Part shown: positions 59,968 through 64,000 of the stretch, piece after piece
Layout: each line of letters opens with the position of its first letter
Numbering within the stretch: position 1 is the stretch's first letter
Assembly (NCBI GenBank): GCA_965247115.1
Contig: CBDFGR010000002.1
Span: 2,048,001 to 2,112,000, forward strand
Origin: Myxococcota bacterium
Lineage (GTDB): Bacteria; Myxococcota_A; UBA9160; SZUA-336
Length of the DNA: 64,000 bases
Reading direction: 5' to 3'
Made by a program: the position numbers and the translations under genes
The notes under the pieces: model-generated
Databases searched by the model: none
Seen by the model: only the letters and a program-made list of their open reading frames with translations
What the model was told of the DNA's origin: nothing

Positions 59968-60483
59968 ATGATCGGGAAGCTCTTCCACCTGGCCCATCTG
60001 GTCGAAGACCTGGACGCGACCGATCGCCTTTACGACGAGGTCTTCGAGGACCCGCACTTCGTGGCGAGGGGCTTCCAGGTCGAGGTCGAGCACCCCGAGC
60101 TCGGCCGCTCATTCAAGTACCCCGGGGCGCCCTATCTGTTCCACGGCTCGCCGTGGAACATCGCGCGGCGCGCGCCGCTGCTCGGCGAGCACAACGCCGA
60201 GATCTACAGTGAGCTCGGAGTCTCGGCGCAAGAGCTCGAGCGACTCTCGAGGCCCACGACCAGGCGCTGCCCCTCGATCCTCGAGAACGCCGCCTTGCAG
60301 TGCGGCGTCTGCACACCGGGGTATATGGTAGCGACGAAGATGTTGCTCGAACGGAACCCGAATCCGACCGAGGAGGAGGCCCGCTACTGGCTCGCCGGGA
60401 ATCTCTGCCGGTGCACGGGTTACGACAAAATCATCCGCGCCGTGCTCGACGCGGCGGAGGAGCTGAGGGGAGAGAGTACATGA
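59968..60483 (+). CDS. Chimeric ORF: VOC/glyoxalase N-terminus + CoA-transferase tail + CoxS-like (2Fe-2S) C-terminus
   Basis: MIGKLFHLAHLVEDLDA; 60037-60251 copies 44003-44217; QCGVCTPG...GNLCRCTGY. Confidence 0.75.
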   Translation: MIGKLFHLAHLVEDLDATDRLYDEVFEDPHFVARGFQVEVEHPELGRSFKYPGAPYLFHGSPWNIARRAPLLGEHNAEIYSELGVSAQELERLSRPTTRRCPSILENAALQCGVCTPGYMVATKMLLERNPNPTEEEARYWLAGNLCRCTGYDKIIRAVLDAAEELRGEST

Positions 60484-62765
60484 GCGACGAGGAGCGCAAG
60501 TTCAAGTGGGTGGGGACTCGCCCCATCCGCCCAGACGGTCTCGATAAGGTCACGGGCCGCGCAAACTTTGGCGCCGACATGTCTTTCCCGGGCATGCTCG
60601 AGGGCAAGGTTCTGCGGAGTCCGCACGCGCACGCGAAGATTCTGTCGATCGACACGAAGGCCGCGCGCGCCTTGCCGGGCGTGAAGGCGATCATCACGGG
60701 TGCGGACTTCCCCGACCTCGTCAGCGAGGCCGGCGCAGGCGGCGAGGCCGGCGCAGGCGGCGAGGACGACGTCGACTTCGCCGACCTGAGCCAGAACGTC
60801 ATCGCTCGCCACAAGGTGCTCTACCACGGCCAGGCCGTGGCGGCCGTCGCCGCGACCTCCTTCGCCGAGGCCGAGGCCGCGCTCGACGTGATCCGCGTCG
60901 AGTACGAGGTGCTGAAGCCGGTGCTGAGCCTCAAGGAGGCCCTGGCGCCCGACGCGCCGATCCTCCACGAGTACATGATTACCCAGGGTGTCGAGCCAAC
61001 GCCGGAGAAGGCCTCGAACGTCGCCTCGCGCCTCGAAATGGGTCGCGGGGATGTCGAGGCCGGGTTCGCGGACGCGGACGTGGTCGTCGAGCGCGAGTTC
61101 GACACCGAGATGGTGCACCAGGGCTACATCGAGCCGCACGCGGTCGTGGCACGCACAGGCGAGGACGACCAGTCGGTCGTCTGGTGCTGCACCCAGGGCG
61201 CGTTCATGGTGCGCGCGTTCTCGGCGAAGGTGCTCGGTCTCGATCACTCGCAGATCAAGGTCATCCCGAGCGAGATTGGCGGCGGGTTCGGCGGCAAGAC
61301 GACCATCTACCTGGAGCCGCTGGCCATCCTGTTGTCCCGCAAGACGGGCCGCCCCGTCCGGCTGGTCATGACGCGGGAAGAGGTCTTCCGGGCGACGGGC
61401 CCGACCTCCGGTTCGCATGTCCGCGTGAAGATCGGCGCCAAGCGCGACGGCCGTTTCACGGCCGGGGATGCGACGCTGACGTACGAGGCGGGCGCGTTCA
61501 AAGGCTCACCTGTGGCCCCGGGCGTGATGACGATGCTCTCGCCGTACGCCATGCCCGCGGTGAAGCTCGAGGGCTTCGACGTCGTGGTCAACAAGCCGAA
61601 GGTCGCCCCGTATCGCGCGCCGGGCGCGCCCATGGCGGCCTTCGCGGCGGAGCAGGTGATCGACGAGATCGCTCGCGAGCTCAACATGGATCCGATTGAC
61701 CTGCGACTCAAGAACGCCGCGGTCGATGGAACCCAGGCACCCTATGGTCCGAAGTTCAAGCAGATCGGCTTCGTCGAGACGCTCGAGGCCGCCAAGGCGC
61801 ACCCGCACTATTCCGCACCCCTGGGTCCGAACCAGGGCCGCGGCGTGGCTTCGGGTTTCTGGTTCAACGCCGGAGGGCAGTCGAGCGCCGACGTTCGCCT
61901 GAACGAGGACGGTACGGCCACTGTCGTCACGGGGAACCCGGATATCGGCGGCTCGCGCGCCTCGATGGCGCTCATGGCCGCCGAGGAGCTCGGGATCGAC
62001 GTCTCGCGCGTGCGGCCTCTGGTGGCCGATACCGAGGTCGTCGGTTACTCCGATATGACCGGCGGCAGCCGCGTCACCTTCGCGACGGGCATGGCCGTGA
62101 TCGAGGCGGCGGCCGACGTCGTGCGTCAGCTCCGCGAGCGCTCCGCAGCGCTCTGGGAGGTCGACGTCGACACGGTTCGATGGGAAGGGGGTCGCGCCAT
62201 CAACGAGAAGGGCGACATCTTCACGATCGAGCAACTCGCTCGCCGCGCTCCGCGCACGGGCGGGCCCATTGCCGGCAAGGCGTCGCTCAACGCACAGGGC
62301 GTCGGGCCCTCGTTCGCAACCCACATCTGCGATGTGGAGGTGGACGAGGAGACCGGAGCCGTCAGCGTCAAGCGCTACACCACGGTGCAGGACGTGGGCA
62401 AGGCCGTTCACCCGAGCTACGTCGAGGGCCAGCTGCAAGGCGGCGCGGCCCAGGGCATTGGCTGGGCACTCAACGAGGAGTACATCTACGACGAGAAGGG
62501 CGTGATGGAAAACGCCGGGTTCCTGGATTACCGGATCCCGGTGGCCTCCGACCTCCCCATGATTGACACGGTCCTCGTCGAGGTCCCCAACCCTGGCCAC
62601 CCCTACGGCGTCCGCGGTTGCGGGGAGACTCCGATCGTCCCGCCGCTCGCGACTGTGGCCAACGCGATTCACGATGCGACCGGCCTTCGGATGACGCAGC
62701 TCCCCATGTCGCCGCCCCGCCTGCTGGAGGCCATCGACAGCCGGAGGCTGCCGAAGGCGAGCTAG
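60480..62765 (+). CDS. Xanthine dehydrogenase / CoxL-family molybdopterin-binding subunit
   Basis: DKVTGRA, LRSPHAHA, GGGFGGK, YRAPG and EGQLQGGAAQGIG motifs; ATGA overlap. Confidence 0.93.
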   Translation: MSDEERKFKWVGTRPIRPDGLDKVTGRANFGADMSFPGMLEGKVLRSPHAHAKILSIDTKAARALPGVKAIITGADFPDLVSEAGAGGEAGAGGEDDVDFADLSQNVIARHKVLYHGQAVAAVAATSFAEAEAALDVIRVEYEVLKPVLSLKEALAPDAPILHEYMITQGVEPTPEKASNVASRLEMGRGDVEAGFADADVVVEREFDTEMVHQGYIEPHAVVARTGEDDQSVVWCCTQGAFMVRAFSAKVLGLDHSQIKVIPSEIGGGFGGKTTIYLEPLAILLSRKTGRPVRLVMTREEVFRATGPTSGSHVRVKIGAKRDGRFTAGDATLTYEAGAFKGSPVAPGVMTMLSPYAMPAVKLEGFDVVVNKPKVAPYRAPGAPMAAFAAEQVIDEIARELNMDPIDLRLKNAAVDGTQAPYGPKFKQIGFVETLEAAKAHPHYSAPLGPNQGRGVASGFWFNAGGQSSADVRLNEDGTATVVTGNPDIGGSRASMALMAAEELGIDVSRVRPLVADTEVVGYSDMTGGSRVTFATGMAVIEAAADVVRQLRERSAALWEVDVDTVRWEGGRAINEKGDIFTIEQLARRAPRTGGPIAGKASLNAQGVGPSFATHICDVEVDEETGAVSVKRYTTVQDVGKAVHPSYVEGQLQGGAAQGIGWALNEEYIYDEKGVMENAGFLDYRIPVASDLPMIDTVLVEVPNPGHPYGVRGCGETPIVPPLATVANAIHDATGLRMTQLPMSPPRLLEAIDSRRLPKAS

Positions 62766-62768
62766 GGC

Positions 62769-62910
62769 GTGGCCACGGTCCAGTTCTCGAGCGGCCTGCG
62801 CCGTCACACCTACGGCGTGGGCCGCGTCGAGGTTCGTGCGAAGACGGTCCGCGCGCTGATCGCCGAGCTCGAGCAGCGGTTCCCGGCGCTCCGCGGCGAG
62901 CGATTGACGG
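62769..62910 (+). pseudogene. MoaD/ThiS-like N-terminal fragment
   Basis: MATVQFSSGLRRHT.G...TVRALIAELEQRFP; no C-terminal GG. Confidence 0.7.
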
Positions 62911-63478
62911 AATTCCTGCAACTCCGCCGCGGGGGCGAGGCCAGCGGCCCATGCGTCCGCGAGTGTGCTGAGCTCCTCTTCGTAAAGGATCCAGACAGAG
63001 AGCTCCGAGAGCGCTTCCTTCTCGGTCTTCCTCTCGGAGAGCCGATTCGACCTCACTCGCGAGGCGTTACGTTCCTATCATGGAGGTGAGTGCCGGTGAG
63101 TAGTCTCCAGGGGGTGCCGCTCGACGACGAGCACCGCGAGCGGATCAGTGCAGGGCTACGCCGCTACCACGAACGTCGGCGTCGCGAGCGCCGCGTCATG
63201 CCCCGTGACCTCCACGAGCTTCGCACCAATGGGTCGATCTCGCCGAGCGTGCGACCCTTCGTCCACGACGGGGAGCAGGAGTGCCGCGAGCTGACCCAGC
63301 GCGTCAAAAAAGGTTGTCGAGGTCGAGGCTGTAACTGTGCGGGATACCGACGACGCGCCCAAGCGCTAGACCCCTAGTGGAATCGACCTTCAGCTCCATT
63401 GGCAGCACCGGTCGACCTGGGCGTTCGGGGTGGTGCTGCGGCCCTGGGTCGAGAAGTGGTAGCCGCCCGCCGTTCCCG

Positions 63479-63931
63479 CTAGCGGGTGTTGTTCTTCTCG
63501 CCGCGACGTCCGTCGGCGTTCCGGTCGCGGAAGCGGTCGTCGACCTGTTCCGCGACCGCGCGGACGCGGGCCGTCGAGGCGCGCCACGCCTCGATGAGGC
63601 GGTCCTCCCAGTCGTAGTCGAAGGCGTCCTGCAGGCCGCGCTCCGCCCTCCCTCCGGGCTTGGGAGGATTCTCGACGAGCCAGCGGGCCGTCCGGGCCAG
63701 TGCCTCGGGGGCGGGAACGACGTCGCGGTAGCCAAGCTCGTTGCGCAGGGCGGCGACGTCGGTCACGCGGTGGGTCGACCACGAGCTCGAGAGCAGGGCC
63801 ACGTAGACGGGAGCGCGCGGGTGCGTCGCGCCCAGGAAGTAGTGGCCGAGTCCCACAGTGGGCGCGCCGGGTGCCGCCTTCTGGTAGCGCTCGAAGAGCG
63901 CCCTGGAGCGGTCGAAGCGATAGGTCTGCAT
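63479..63931 (-). pseudogene. Chimeric ORF: class III aminotransferase-like N-terminus + epimerase/dehydratase-like C-terminus
   Basis: MQTYRFDRSRALFERYQKAAPG with GGAGG RBS; ELGYRDVVP..EALARTARWLVENPP...QDAFDY. Confidence 0.5.
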
Positions 63932-64000
63932 GGGACGTCCTCCTGCCCGGATTGTAGTGCGGGAGGGCGGGGGCGTTCCTACGCCGGCTCGTTCTGGAAC

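Noticed and set aside
60480..62765. Aerobic CO dehydrogenase (true CoxL)
   Set aside because: The active-site loop is PYRAPG, not AYXCSFR or AYXGAGR.
63290..63400. Possible IS end fragments truncating a small ORF (63090-63377)
   Set aside because: No matching second end, TSD or transposase.
1..64000. CRISPR array, rRNA, integrase, or reverse transcriptase (DGR/retron) as the cause of the diverged copies
   Set aside because: No regularly spaced repeats or such genes were seen, and differences between copies are not obviously adenine-specific.

Overview
High-GC bacterial DNA dominated by catabolic and redox genes: a hydantoinase/oxoprolinase pair, LLM monooxygenases, a PQQ dehydrogenase, a copper amine oxidase, a kinase plus class-III PLP enzyme, SDRs, CoA-transferases, MaoC dehydratases, amidohydrolases and Mo-enzymes. 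Three other layers stand out. (1) An apparently intact 3,008-bp IS1-family cargo transposon at 36560-39567 has 20-bp TIRs and an 8-bp TSD. It carries a small basic protein and a hypothetical + XRE-HTH/ImmA-IrrE peptidase pair resembling a RosmerTA-type toxin-antitoxin or defence module. (2) A duplicated Baeyer-Villiger monooxygenase allele is interrupted by the same 1,275-bp IS5-family element in both copies. (3) More than 25 short gene fragments are joined end to end, often at microhomologies. Several are copies of other loci in this window, and some form in-frame chimeric ORFs. Integration scars are also present (tRNA-Thr 3' half, a second tRNA 3' end, a degenerate ssrA 3' end and a dif-like site), along with IS21 and IS91 remnants. 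No CRISPR, rRNA, complete tRNA, integrase or reverse transcriptase was seen. All product calls come from motif recognition by eye, not database searches.
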